Of a stretch of DNA of 64,000 bases, positions 53,101 to 64,000 are shown in pieces (within the stretch, counting starts at the first letter, position 1; each line of letters begins with the position of its first letter). Under the pieces are notes generated by a model that was not told the origin of the DNA, did not search any database, and saw nothing but the letters and a program-made list of their open reading frames with translations. The position numbers were made by a program, and so were the translations under genes. Origin of the DNA: Botryllus schlosseri (taxonomy: Eukaryota); NCBI GenBank assembly GCA_051294905.1, contig CM119371.1:17300001-17364000 (forward strand). Reading direction: 5' to 3'.

Positions 53101-56100
53101 TCGTATGTTTAGTGTCGTTGGTATTGTTAAACATCGTCGCCGGTAGCTGTTGGCATACTATTACGAGTGTGAAAAGGATTTACACGGCCTGTGCAGAGTA
53201 TCGCGATAGTAAACATATTTTTGGTGCGACGAAACAAGATCGTTGTTTAAATTTTAATACATTTCGATTACCGAGTTGCTGTACAGTAGAGATGACTCTA
53301 CATTAGACCGTGCTGTATACTTCGATTAAAACCACAAGACCACATGTAAATTTATTCGCGCAACTCGATGATGTTGATATAGTGTTACTAAAATTAATTA
53401 TTACCTATTTACACAACATAAACAATTCATGTCGTAGCAGGTTTCTTGAACTCGTGCTTGATGAAACGAATGGTGACAAGTAGGCTTTGAGTGAAAAATA
53501 ATTATTTAGAGTAGTGACATTTTGTGACCAACGAATGTAAATCGATCATGATATTACAATATATGCTTTCGTCAACATACCGACTTGGCGTAGAAACACT
53601 TTCACGTTTTTTGAATAACTGGATTCTCGAGACTTGCTACTTGTACGATGTATCGTTAGTGTGCAAACTATAACGGCCATTTTGTATGATAGTATGTTTT
53701 AGTTGTATTGTTGTGAGGACAACCATGTGATGACTCAGCACTTTTCGTTAGCAAAGTAGGTTGATTTGTGTGTAAGATGTAAGCACCGTGCTAGAAAACA
53801 TATGTACTCTGTTGTTGGAGTAGCTGATTTATTGTTATGACATGGACATATCCTGAAGCCTTGGTTTGTTGTCTTACGAAGGATGAGGCGACCTCGGTGT
53901 CGTAAATTGTGTTAACTAAACTCGTATGGATACCACAATTGTGCTGGACTTACACCACCAATCATTGTACAGGTTTGTAGCATGAGCGAATATTTTCGTG
54001 TAACATGAATATCTTTCGTATACACTTAGTATGAAATGAGATGTGTGGAACAATAATTAGTGTCGTACAAAGTGTTGTGTTTGATTGCTTACTTTTTATC
54101 AATGTCTTTGTGATGTTAAAAGACGACTGAGTTTTCATTTACATTAAGCGGAGAAACTCATGTAATAAATTTTACTCATTTGAAAATCGACTCACGTGAA
54201 GATACCGATTAACAGTATCAATATGAGCAGTATGTTATTTTTCGCGATATGCAACCAATCTTCTAAGCATAACTTGTCAAAATTTATCGTGTCATAGAAA
54301 AGTCGGCTGTTACGAATTCGAAACAAATGTACTTCGGTTATCACGACAAAGGGAATTGAAATCAACGCAGTATTTCGGAAGTGAATGTGTATCGTTTGGT
54401 ATGTTCAGCAATCACTAAATGATAAAAATATGAAACTGTGCATACAACTCGGTTTGGTAAACGATACAGTTACAAGTCGGATGTGATCTCGATTTACAGA
54501 TGACAGCTTGATGATGTAAAGCTCAACCACTCCAGTGTGTGTGTTTATTGCAAAGTATTTGACACAAACAAAATATTGAACGAAGGTCCACCACTTGGTT
54601 TCATTACAAGGTGAGTGAAAATTGTTTTCTGTTGGTCAGGTATGATTTGCATTTAGAAAAACGCTCTACGCCGATTAAGCGACGCTGTTTAATATCATAA
54701 TCCGATGACTGAGTGAAATTTCCTTATGGTTTGATTTAGCGAGTTAATTACCGGCGATTCAATCACATACAAGTAAGATCTTTTACGGGATGAGTATTGT
54801 GACAACATATACTTTGACGAATGACAATGGGGAGAAATTTCCGATTTCTTTGGTCGTGAGCGTTCTACAAATATTTCCGGCATACATTTAGCAAGCAACC
54901 TACAATATTCTTTTGTTATGGTAATGACTTTCACAAGTTTGGTTTTATGATTACAATTACTTATTTAAATGATAATTTATGATCACTACTTTGAGTAACA
55001 ATACAAACACATTTTGTAGATTTCAGTGTAGCGCCTATTGTGATTTTGTTAATGCCATGAGTTTTGTGTATTACTCAAGTCTAGTAGAATAGGATGCGTC
55101 CAGTAAAGATATTCCAAACGAAATTGTTGTGTCATCTTTAGTCTTGGTTACAGGAAACAACTACATTTGTAAAAATATTTTCTGATATCCGTAATACACA
55201 GAGTGATTTGTACCAACACGGAATATCTTTCAAACCAAGAACATTTCAGACAAGTATAGTTTTACGAATCAATGTGTTAATAACCACGGTGGTGAAAAGT
55301 TTGTTGCTGTCATAATAACCTTTACCGCAACACCGGGTCTAATTAACGCGAATAATTTAATAATCAAGTCATGATCAACTATTACATATGTCAAATCCAT
55401 GTGTCAATCCTTATGTTTACAGCATGATAACTTTCAATGTAATACCGGTGTTCGATCGTAAGAAATGAATTCTTAACTACGTTGGCCAGACATTCAAATA
55501 TCATATACTCAAAACATATGTTAATCTCAAGTCGCCGACACCGAGAGGTAATTACTTTTGTCTTACAAAATATACCACATAGTAAGTTCTTTGTCTTGCG
55601 GAATAGTAACGACTTTTACAGTCGAATAAAAATACGAGTTGGTGGACTATTAATACAACCGAACTTGCTATGGATTTTGGATTGTGGTGATTACTCGCGT
55701 AGTCTTGTCTACTTTTCATAAGGATACTTTTTGCTTTGGTTGGGTAAGTTACAAACGGATTGACTTGACAAGGTTTTTTGTATTTTACTCTTTTGTGTAT
55801 GGGAAGATGTTAAAATGTTGAGACGTAATACTATTTCCGTTCACTCGATTACAACAAAAAATAACCTGATAGTTTGTTCAAGGTTTCGACAAATAGATTG
55901 AAATATTCCGATTTACGATTTAACTCATCGCGTCACAAGTCGATCGCGGTATGCACAAGTGGTTGTCAAGTTAGAAATATTTACAACAGGTGCTATTTCA
56001 TTGATTGATTCTATTGTGTGTAGTAACACATTAAAATATCGCGATAGTATTTACTGAAACTCTATTTGATAAACGGAAAACTCAGTCGTGAATAGAGTTG

Positions 56101-56333
56101 TAAGTTTCAAGGATTGTTTCAAAGTATGATCTTGAAATGTGACTGGATCAAAGTTGGTAGTCATGTTTGTCAAAGTCCAAATATTTCATTTTGGATTATC
56201 TGGATTTACCTTTAGTACATCCCGCGAATGGATTCCGATGCGGTACTATAACATTTTTGATAATAATGACTCAAGGATTTTCAATCAACAATACTGGAAT
56301 TTTTTGGTAATGCTAGAGTTGCCAAATGATTAG
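53100..56333 (+). pseudogene. Decayed protein-primed DNA polymerase B, right arm
   Basis: Motif relics in Polinton-PolB order across frames: DLLLVRCIV (like D.LCLARAIV), DMQP (54246), CYEFET (54308, like FYDFET ExoI), CAYN (54437, like IAHN ExoII), KVFDT (54552, like FIDS), YQHG, VGG, DYSRSL (55689, like DxxSLYP), VKVQ..FG.SG (motif B-like). Confidence 0.6.
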
Positions 56334-59307
56334 TTGCGTGTTTTTGTTAAGTGTTTGATTTCAAGTTAATAAAGACAATAACTGTGTAATGCACATACTT
56401 GTGATTCTTGATTCTTGTAGAGTTATAGTTGGTATTGATTCTATAAGTGTGAAAACAGTGGCGCGGAATGCGCGAATAACTCGATGCGGCTGAAAGTCGG
56501 CGTCAGCAATATTCGGGTTACGTTCGATTCAACAAAAACGCGTTAAGGGATTTGTCAAAGGATTAGAGTTGTACCGATTTAAAACATTCAGATACGAATC
56601 GACTTGATTTGTGTAGTGAGTTCCATTTCAAGTTGATAAACTAACACATTGATTGAATATTTTCATGGATCTTATCACGCAACTAAAGTCAGCCACTATT
56701 CTGGAGGAGTGAAACATATAGCGATCGCGGGCGAGTGACAAATTGTCGGTTTTCGAATCACCGCCTGCGACGGTTCTGTGACAAACTAATTACCGAAATA
56801 TTACCTTGTGAGCGCGTATGAGGGATTGCTATGTCTGAAGCATTATCCGGTGAGTGGTCGTTGGATTTTAAAATTATATCACACCCTTTTGAATAAGCGT
56901 TCACTTCACAAAGGATTAGGGTTAGAGCGGAAATAAGTGACAATTTGTCGCTATTCAAGTTACCGACACTGGCGGTCTGTTATTCGTTACTTAATAAATC
57001 TTACGAGTGAAATCAAGTTCCGTACCAAACTATCAAAATATTACCTTGTGAGCGATTGGTATGTATGTAACATCAAGTCACGAATGATGGTTATGTCTGG
57101 GACATTATCTTGTGAGTGATCGTAGCATTTTACAAATATTTCACACCTTTTTTTGAAGTTCGCTTCGACGAACTTACGCGTAAGCTCCACCCTCGCTCGC
57201 TGCGCATACATGTGTGTATAATACCATACAGCCACTAAAATTTGATGTATGTGAGCATGTAGTGGGGAATCTCGGAAGACCGGGGCCGGCGGGCCATATT
57301 ATCATGTGAGACGAAAAACTGTCCGCGGGCCGTATATTGCCCGCCCCTGGTCTATGTCTTTCCAAGTAGGCCTTATTTGGCGGGAATTAATTGTTCTATT
57401 GAAAATGAGCCGATCCAAAAGACTGACAGTATCGTCAAATGTGATTTACTCTTGTATAAATTCAGGCGTGGCACGAAAAGAATCATCACATTTATGACAC
57501 ATTTATGTGCACGGTTATTGTTGGTGTTGGAATCGCCGTCTACGCCGGCTCTGTGACAAAATAATTACCAAAATATAATTCTGCGAGTGATGCTTACGAA
57601 TATTTCACCGCGTGAGCGATCGATGTGCCTGTAACACCAAGTCGCGAAAGATGGTTATGTCCGAAACATTATCTTGTCAGCGATCGCGGGGTTTTGCAAA
57701 CTATTTCACACATTTTTGAAGTGTTAGTTTGTGAACGCGGTTATTGCTGATATTCGAATCGCCGTCTACGCCGGCTCTGTGGTAAACTAATTACCAAAAT
57801 ATTACCTTGGAAGTGACTCCTAGATTTAGCAAACTATTTCGCACTGAATGGATTAGTGTAATAATCGATAGTAGCACGCATTTGGCCGGGAAACAATTCC
57901 GCACGCAGGTCATTCGAAATATAGGTCGCACTGCTTAATCCTCACAACAAGCCACGTTTCCGTTTGTGCGGTTATTGTTGGTGACTCGTACATATTCAAC
58001 ACCGCGCGAGAGATGCCTGAAAGTGCGAATCACGACCGCACCCATAAGAACACATGGCGAATCACCACAGATCCTGTAAGAATACACGACAGGCGAATCA
58101 CCGCCACCGCCTATACCCAAAAGTACGACATGCCACCACGAGTTTTCCATGCGATGTGTGAGAGATGCCTATACCGGAAAGTGCGACATGCGAGCGCACC
58201 CATAAGAACCAATGGCGATGTGCGAGCTATAGGGGGGTCTAAAAGCGCGATATGCCAACACGAGTTTTCCATGCGATGTGTGAGAGATGCCTATACCGGA
58301 AAGTGCGACATGCGAGCGCACCCATAAGAACCAATGGCGATGTGCGAGCGATAGGGGGGTCTAAAAGCATGATATGCCAACACGAGTTTTCCATGTGACA
58401 TGCGAGCGGGCCCATAAGAACCCCTGCCACCCCCAGACCGATCCTATATACTACTCGCGGCGTCGTCAAAACTGGAAATCTGGCCCGCGAGCACATTTGA
58501 GCTTGAGACCTTTGGGACAGACTGAGGTTGACGAGTTCATAATTGCATAAATTCATATTACTGCGCACATAGACGGTGAGTAGATCTTAGCGAAGGTGGC
58601 GAACATTTTTTTAGTAAACAGCACGTCAAATTAATAGGTGGGCCGCGGTAAATTGTCATCTCAAAATGTGTGGTTGCAACCATAAAAAGGTCAGAAACGC
58701 CTGCAATATAGACAAATTTCGTATGCAATGTTTTTAGCGAAGCTAGCACTTTTATCGAAGGACCAAGTGGTTTTTAACCTTTTCCCTCCAGCGCCCATTT
58801 TATTAATGTTGCCTAGGTCTGGCACCCGACATATTTTAAGAACTGTAGTATAGTACAAGCGGGGGGAGGTTGATGTCCGGTCGATCTTTTCGTATTGGGA
58901 CTTTATACTATTGGAAATATTTCGCACTTGAATCGAGCGCGAGGACCAGTAGATTAATTAACGATATAATAATTCAATGTGTAATATTCACAATCGAATC
59001 ACTCATGTTCTCGATTTTGCCCAGCCCTAGTTAAGAACCATTGGAATAACGGAAAAAATTGACAAAAGTTATTTTTGAACAACTCTAATGTATTGTATAT
59101 ACAATATACATACACTGTACAAATGTATATACACAACACAGCTATGCCTATATTTATTACGATTGATATATATATGTAAGTCTATTTTTTCGAGCCGGCC
59201 TGTCGAAGTCAGCATGAATACAGATTGGTTATCACTTTCTAATTTCCGGTATTTTAATAGTCATTGCCGAAAGCAGTGGTGACCACCACATTGGTCACAG
59301 GGTAGAC

Positions 59308-62100
59308 CAGCGGTTCCCAACCTTTTTCGACTCATCGCCCCCTTTTGAAGCTCCACACCGATCATAGCCCCCCCCCCAACTAATGGGAACCCAAACATGG
59401 GTATACAAACTGGGATCACCGGCGAGTTGACTAATAAAACAAAGGTAAACTTTTCGGCTCGACCTCGAAATAACACTTTTGCAGCTAAATTTTCATGAGT
59501 TGACTAAAAAAGTCGAATCTCCAGCTTGCCTCCAATCAGGACCGTAACAGCACTTCGTCAGCCCACCCCCCCCCCCCCAAAAAAAAAATCGTTGGTCTTG
59601 GGCCCCCATAGTCTGATAAACCATACCACATACCCCCCTCAGCCAGTGGGCTTTTTGTCGCTACATATCAGCTATACCCTATTTCATGTACTGTTTGGTG
59701 AGTCACCGTATTTAGGCTGAACGCGCAAAGCACGAAAAATTTATATAATTCATGTTTGAATCGGTCAACATGGTCGGGAATTGATTATATATTGCTATCA
59801 ATTTTTTATCCTCTCTCTGCTCATGGCTAATAAGATTTAACGGTAGAGCTGAGTGTGGTGTGTTAGAAAAGGTAGGACCCCCAGGCCCTAAGTAGTAATT
59901 ATACATCTTCGGGCGGACCCGTTGTTATATTGACTTCATTGCATGATGATTTTCCGTGACCTCCTATATCTGCTTTGTCAAAATATATGGAAATCGCAAA
60001 AACGTACCAAACTAAATGACGCACATGATTTCAAATTGGTATTTAACTGGCAAATAATTTTTCTCCGCGTGATTGCATTTGTCCTGTAGGGTTCACATCG
60101 CCAGTACAGGAACATTCGAGGCCATCCATTAGGGTGCCTATGGACAATTAAACATATATCGAAGTTTTTGGTCAGCACAAGGGCATTCCTTTTCGTCCAA
60201 GTTCTTCTCGCTATTGGACGTTCTGGCATACTTCTCGGAGTCGTATGTTACATGGCCTATAACTTCATATGTCTTAGTGCAGGGGTCGCCAACTTAAAAC
60301 GGGTCGCCGGACACTTTTCAAAATTCGTCGACGCCGCGGGCCGCATGACTTCTATATCGAGGCAACACTATTGAACGGCCATGTTTATATAACTCTACGT
60401 CAGTACAACGCTAACGTGGAAGCCGTGCAAATCATGATTTGTCATGTTATGAATAACCACAAGCATTCGCATTGTAGTCGCGCGGAGCGCGAAAAACATT
60501 TCACGTTCTCGAGTGAATTTCGTCATTAATATTAGTGAATTTTCACTTACCATCAAATATTTATCCTTTCTCAAATTCATCGGTAGAGTTGATTTAGGGA
60601 AGTTATCAATTCTGCGCTGCATCTATGGGTGGGCAAATTGTTTTAGTCCCTTCTGTTGCATGCTGTTATTTCTCGACATCTCATCAGCATTGTCGGTATA
60701 GTGTATAGATATTGGATTCGCCCAAACATAGGCCTATCAGAAACAAATTTCCTTCGTGGCGAGGAAAACACGGATTACAAATTGTTATTTATTTACGGGA
60801 CGCATCATTTTCCTCTGCAGTTCGCATCTGTATTGCATGGTATTGTGGTTAGCTATACACTAGGCTTACCATATTTCGGAAATGAAAAAAGAGGACACTT
60901 TTTCAGAAATTTCAGACAAGCAAAACTGGAGAAGAATTCTCAAAAACAGGTAAATTTCACCCGCATCATGATCGGTTGACTAAAAAAAAAAAAAAAAAAA
61001 AAGGTCATCACTTCCGCTCAGAGCTCAAAAACACGTTTTTCACTCCACATTGCCAGGTGGATGACTAAAAAAAAAAAAAAAAAAAAAAAAAAAGGTCTTC
61101 TTTTCGCTCAGCGCTGAGATCACCACTTTTCCCTTCGAAATACCCGCCGGAGCTTCACTTCTGCGCTAATTTGCGGCATATCACTCGCAAAATCTGACCT
61201 AAATTTTCAAAAAAGAGGACAAAATCTCAAAAAAGAGGACAAAAGGGCGTCCTCCGAGGACACTTTCAAATAAGTCAAAAAAGAGGACAAATCCTCTTAA
61301 AAGAGGACGTATGGTAAGCCTACTATACACTGTACTTGCTTGAAAATTATCTCCTCGTAAAGTTTGGTCTTTTGGGGAGCCCGAAGTCGTTTTCAAGGCG
61401 TCTCGGTCTGGGCAGTGGCGGGCCATTACACGTCAAGTCAATATGCTTATTCATATCAGCAAATTCTTCCTCCATGGAATGATATCACAATCGCCGAAGC
61501 CGTAAAAGCTAGTGAGGAATAGTGACATTGGGCACAGGATGATATATTACTTTGAAAAACAACGACAATATGTTTAAACTGAAATCAATTTCAGCATTTC
61601 AAAATGTTTTACTAAGCGTTTTTCCGTAATTTTAAAATCTGCTGGTCGCCGGCCGCAAAATATGACCTCACGGCCGCATGCGGCCCGCGAGCCGCGTGTT
61701 GGTGATACCTGTCTTAGTGTGTCCTGGCGCAGTAATGGCCGACGCCGAAGTCTCCATTTCCCTAAATCATGCGTATTTTTGTTTGGGGAAAGGTGCTTCC
61801 AAGTCAAGATATATGACAATACTAAATCGTGCGCAGCGCGAAAGATTTTGAAAAAGTTGCATGAATTTCTAAAAATTTCTAAAAAATTACTCTATAATTC
61901 ATGTTAATTCACCAAATAACATTAGGCCTCCTTCGGGTGCGGCAGTTACGGTCCTGACTGCATATAGCCGTTTTAACGCGCCATCGCCCCCTTCGTTGTT
62001 TTCGCCCCTTATCGCTCCCTTCGTCCGTTTTCGCCCCCCTATCGCCCCTTCGTTATTTTCGCGCCCCAGACCGCCAAATCGCCCCCGCTGGGAACCACTG
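59308..62100. mobile_element. Four-level nested hAT-type MITE stack
   Basis: A 59308-62100 (TSD gggtagac) contains B 59537-61956 (caggaccgtaac TIRs), which contains C 60280-61711 (TSD tcttagtg), which contains D 60861-61322 (TSD ctatacac). Confidence 0.9.
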
Positions 62101-62358
62101 GGGTAGACTATACGATAAGTTCGTTTGCGATCGCAACTTCTGCTTTATCGAGGTTCGCATGCGAACTAGAACGTGAAGCGAACGTCCGTACCGTCGCTAA
62201 TATGTTAATTTCCATTTTCTGCAATACGGGAAAAAATATTCCGTATCATTTTTGCGGAATATTACAAATGTTGCGTTGAAGCCACAAATATATAGAAATA
62301 TTAAGCAATAAATTGTGCGTCCGGGAAAAAATGAACAAGTCGATCACTCTGTGTCCAG

Positions 62359-62594
62359 ATAAGTGTGCAGTTGAATGGAATGGTATCTGCTTCTTTGCCT
62401 TATTCTATCATCCCGGCAAACTTACTCACGAGGCCGCAAGATTAGCCTGCAAAAAACGAGGGGCCGAGCTCGGCAACATTCATGCAGAGGATCAATTCTA
62501 CGATATTATGGAATATCTGAGACCGTATATCGCATCCAGAGCTGATGGAGTAACCAGTTACGGTATCACAACTGGTATGAGATACGAGCCCAAG
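62359..62594 (+). CDS. C-type lectin-like gene, exon 2
   Basis: ccag|AT.. (D)KCAVEWNGICFF..LTHEAARLACKKRGAELGNI..TGMRYEPK|gtatgt; N-terminal half of a CTLD. Confidence 0.88.
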
Positions 62595-63333
62595 GTATGT
62601 CAAATATTTTTTTAATCACATATACCTGTATATCCATGTTTTGCAATGGAATAGCAGAAAAGGCAGTGCAAGCATGGGCAAATATTCCAATTACGACAAA
62701 TCGCGCGAAAATTGACCCACATATATAAAGTAATCTCGAATACTACCAGCGTATTGACACACCATATGGGCCATTGAAATAGTAGGTGGAAACACAAGAT
62801 CATATTAGCATTGGAATTTAAACATCATCCGGCATGTTTGGAAAATAACATTACATCAGGCATATCACTTTCTCCCGTGTAACCGGATCCTGATCAGGAC
62901 AGTATTCGAAACTTCCGATTCATTCCAGTAATGTGAATTTACAAATTAACCGTTACCCTATCGTTTTCTTCAGATTACCACTCTTTTACACCGTTTTTTC
63001 ATGGAGATGTCATAAAATGGCCACATAATATGGAATGCAATTGTTGATGAGGCAAACTCTCCCTCTCTTTCTGACTCTCTCTCTCCCTCTCTCTCCCTCT
63101 CTCTTAAAACAAACCAGTTTTCCTACATGCTGATATCTATTTATAAAAAATCTTCTGGAGGCACAGAACTTCAATATACAATTGAATGGTATATTCATAT
63201 TGAATATACTACTTTATAGAGTAGAAACAAATGGTATAGCGAATCAAACGATCGTGGGGAAGTTTGTTTCGCAAAATGTATTTACGACGACTTGCCATAC
63301 AAATCATAACGCACCTTCATTTTTAATTTCCAG

Positions 63334-63525
63334 TCCCAGATCCTTTATTTGTCCGATGGCACCAAGGCGCCATACGTACATTGGATGTCGGGGCATCCTC
63401 CGACAGGATCGGACTATACTATCGTAGCACTCTCCGTGAAACCCGAAAGATCGCAGAATTATGGGATGTTTACCGCGAAAGCTTCGAACGCAAGATACGC
63501 GGCTCTGTGCGAAATAAATATTTAG
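63334..63525 (+). CDS. C-type lectin-like gene, exon 3 (terminal)
   Basis: tttccag|SQILYLSDGTKAPYVHWMSGHP..YGMF..AALCEINI*; phase 0 fits exon 2. Confidence 0.88.
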   Translation, partial: SQILYLSDGTKAPYVHWMSGHPPTGSDYTIVALSVKPERSQNYGMFTAKASNARYAALCEINI

Positions 63526-63566
63526 AATGCAAGCAATCTTACAAATGAACGGAAATACATATACGG

Positions 63567-63572
63567 AATAAA
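63567..63572 (+). promoter_or_regulatory. Candidate polyadenylation signal
   Basis: AATAAA about 40 nt after the lectin stop codon. Confidence 0.45.
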
Positions 63573-64000
63573 TCGACCGTTATATTACTCAGACTGAAAC
63601 GATGCATATACAATGCTATATGCAGGCGTCACTCACGGACGCGGATCAGGATGCAGGTTAGGGTTATGACTTGACAAAAAATTCAAAATTTTGTATGTTC
63701 TGTAGTCGGAAATGATGAACTTTTTTTCCTGATTTAAAAACTCTCAAAAGGTAAAACTGTCCTGCAGCGATAAGTGTCTTAAATCTAATCGGAATTATAA
63801 TAAGTCCATTCTAGCTGTCCCTCGCACTAACATAATTGCAGGAAGGTAAGTGAAATTGTTGAAAAAACTTTAATAGAAATAGAAAAGCACAAATATTATA
63901 ATAATATAATATAAATTTGTTACAAAGAATGACTTTTGATTTGTTAATTGTTTTACATTTGGACCAATGTCGAAAATTGAATTTAGTTGGTGTGGGACAT

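Larger units (their letters stand above)
43681..58455. mobile_element. Palindromic non-autonomous Polinton/Maverick derivative
   Basis: Termini agtagtatatagg/cctatatactact; perfect 6-bp TSD cgcggc; arms 43681-51913 and 52531-58455 are inverted near-copies; decayed pPolB in each arm. Confidence 0.85.
42544..58514. mobile_element. hAT MITE (cagaggtctcaaac family) split by the Polinton: 42544-43680 and 58456-58514
   Basis: TIR cagaggtctcaa/ttgagacctttg; TSD ggatagac/ggacagac; inverted sibling at 30376-32123. Confidence 0.85.

Noticed and set aside
44397..57119. Duplicated short ORFs (e.g. MKVITITKEY.., MNSDKLSL..) as real genes
   Set aside because: They recur only because of the inverted repeat; several are antisense to or out of frame with the decayed PolB.
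43681..58455. Simple chromosomal inverted duplication or assembly mirror artefact
   Set aside because: Symmetry ends exactly at the AGTAGT termini with a direct 6-bp TSD inside a colinear host MITE, and the arms have distinct substitutions and insertions. Read-level confirmation is still needed.
63220..63309. Alternative lectin exon after ttatag
   Set aside because: It reaches a stop after 29 codons with no CTLD features; the 63334 acceptor completes the domain.
1..64000. tRNA/rRNA genes; Polinton capsid, ATPase, protease or integrase genes
   Set aside because: None recognised by eye; absence needs tRNAscan/HMM confirmation.

Overview
AT-rich, transposon-dense animal genomic DNA, not prokaryotic. 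The lectin type and short introns suggest an invertebrate, possibly an ascidian (inference). One convincing host gene is present: a 3-exon secreted C-type-lectin-like gene on + (40698-40857, 62359-62594, 63334-63525). Its 21.5-kb first intron is almost entirely nested transposons. The main discovery is a 14.8-kb element in that intron (43681-58455) with Polinton/Maverick hallmarks: AGTAGT...ACTACT termini and a perfect 6-bp TSD (CGCGGC) confirmed by an empty paralogous site. It is almost wholly palindromic, with two near-identical ~5.6-kb arms around a ~0.6-kb spacer. Each arm has a repeat-rich terminus and a heavily decayed protein-primed PolB; no capsid, ATPase, protease or integrase gene was recognised. 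This resembles an integrated copy-back/defective Polinton. The window also holds a decayed I/Nimb-like LINE (1-~6285), many hAT-type MITEs with 8-bp TSDs (up to 4-level nesting), EnSpm-, Kolobok- and Chapaev3-like elements, Penelope and L2/CR1 relics, an older Polinton terminus, and scattered exon-like pieces with tyrosine motifs. All alignments were done by eye.
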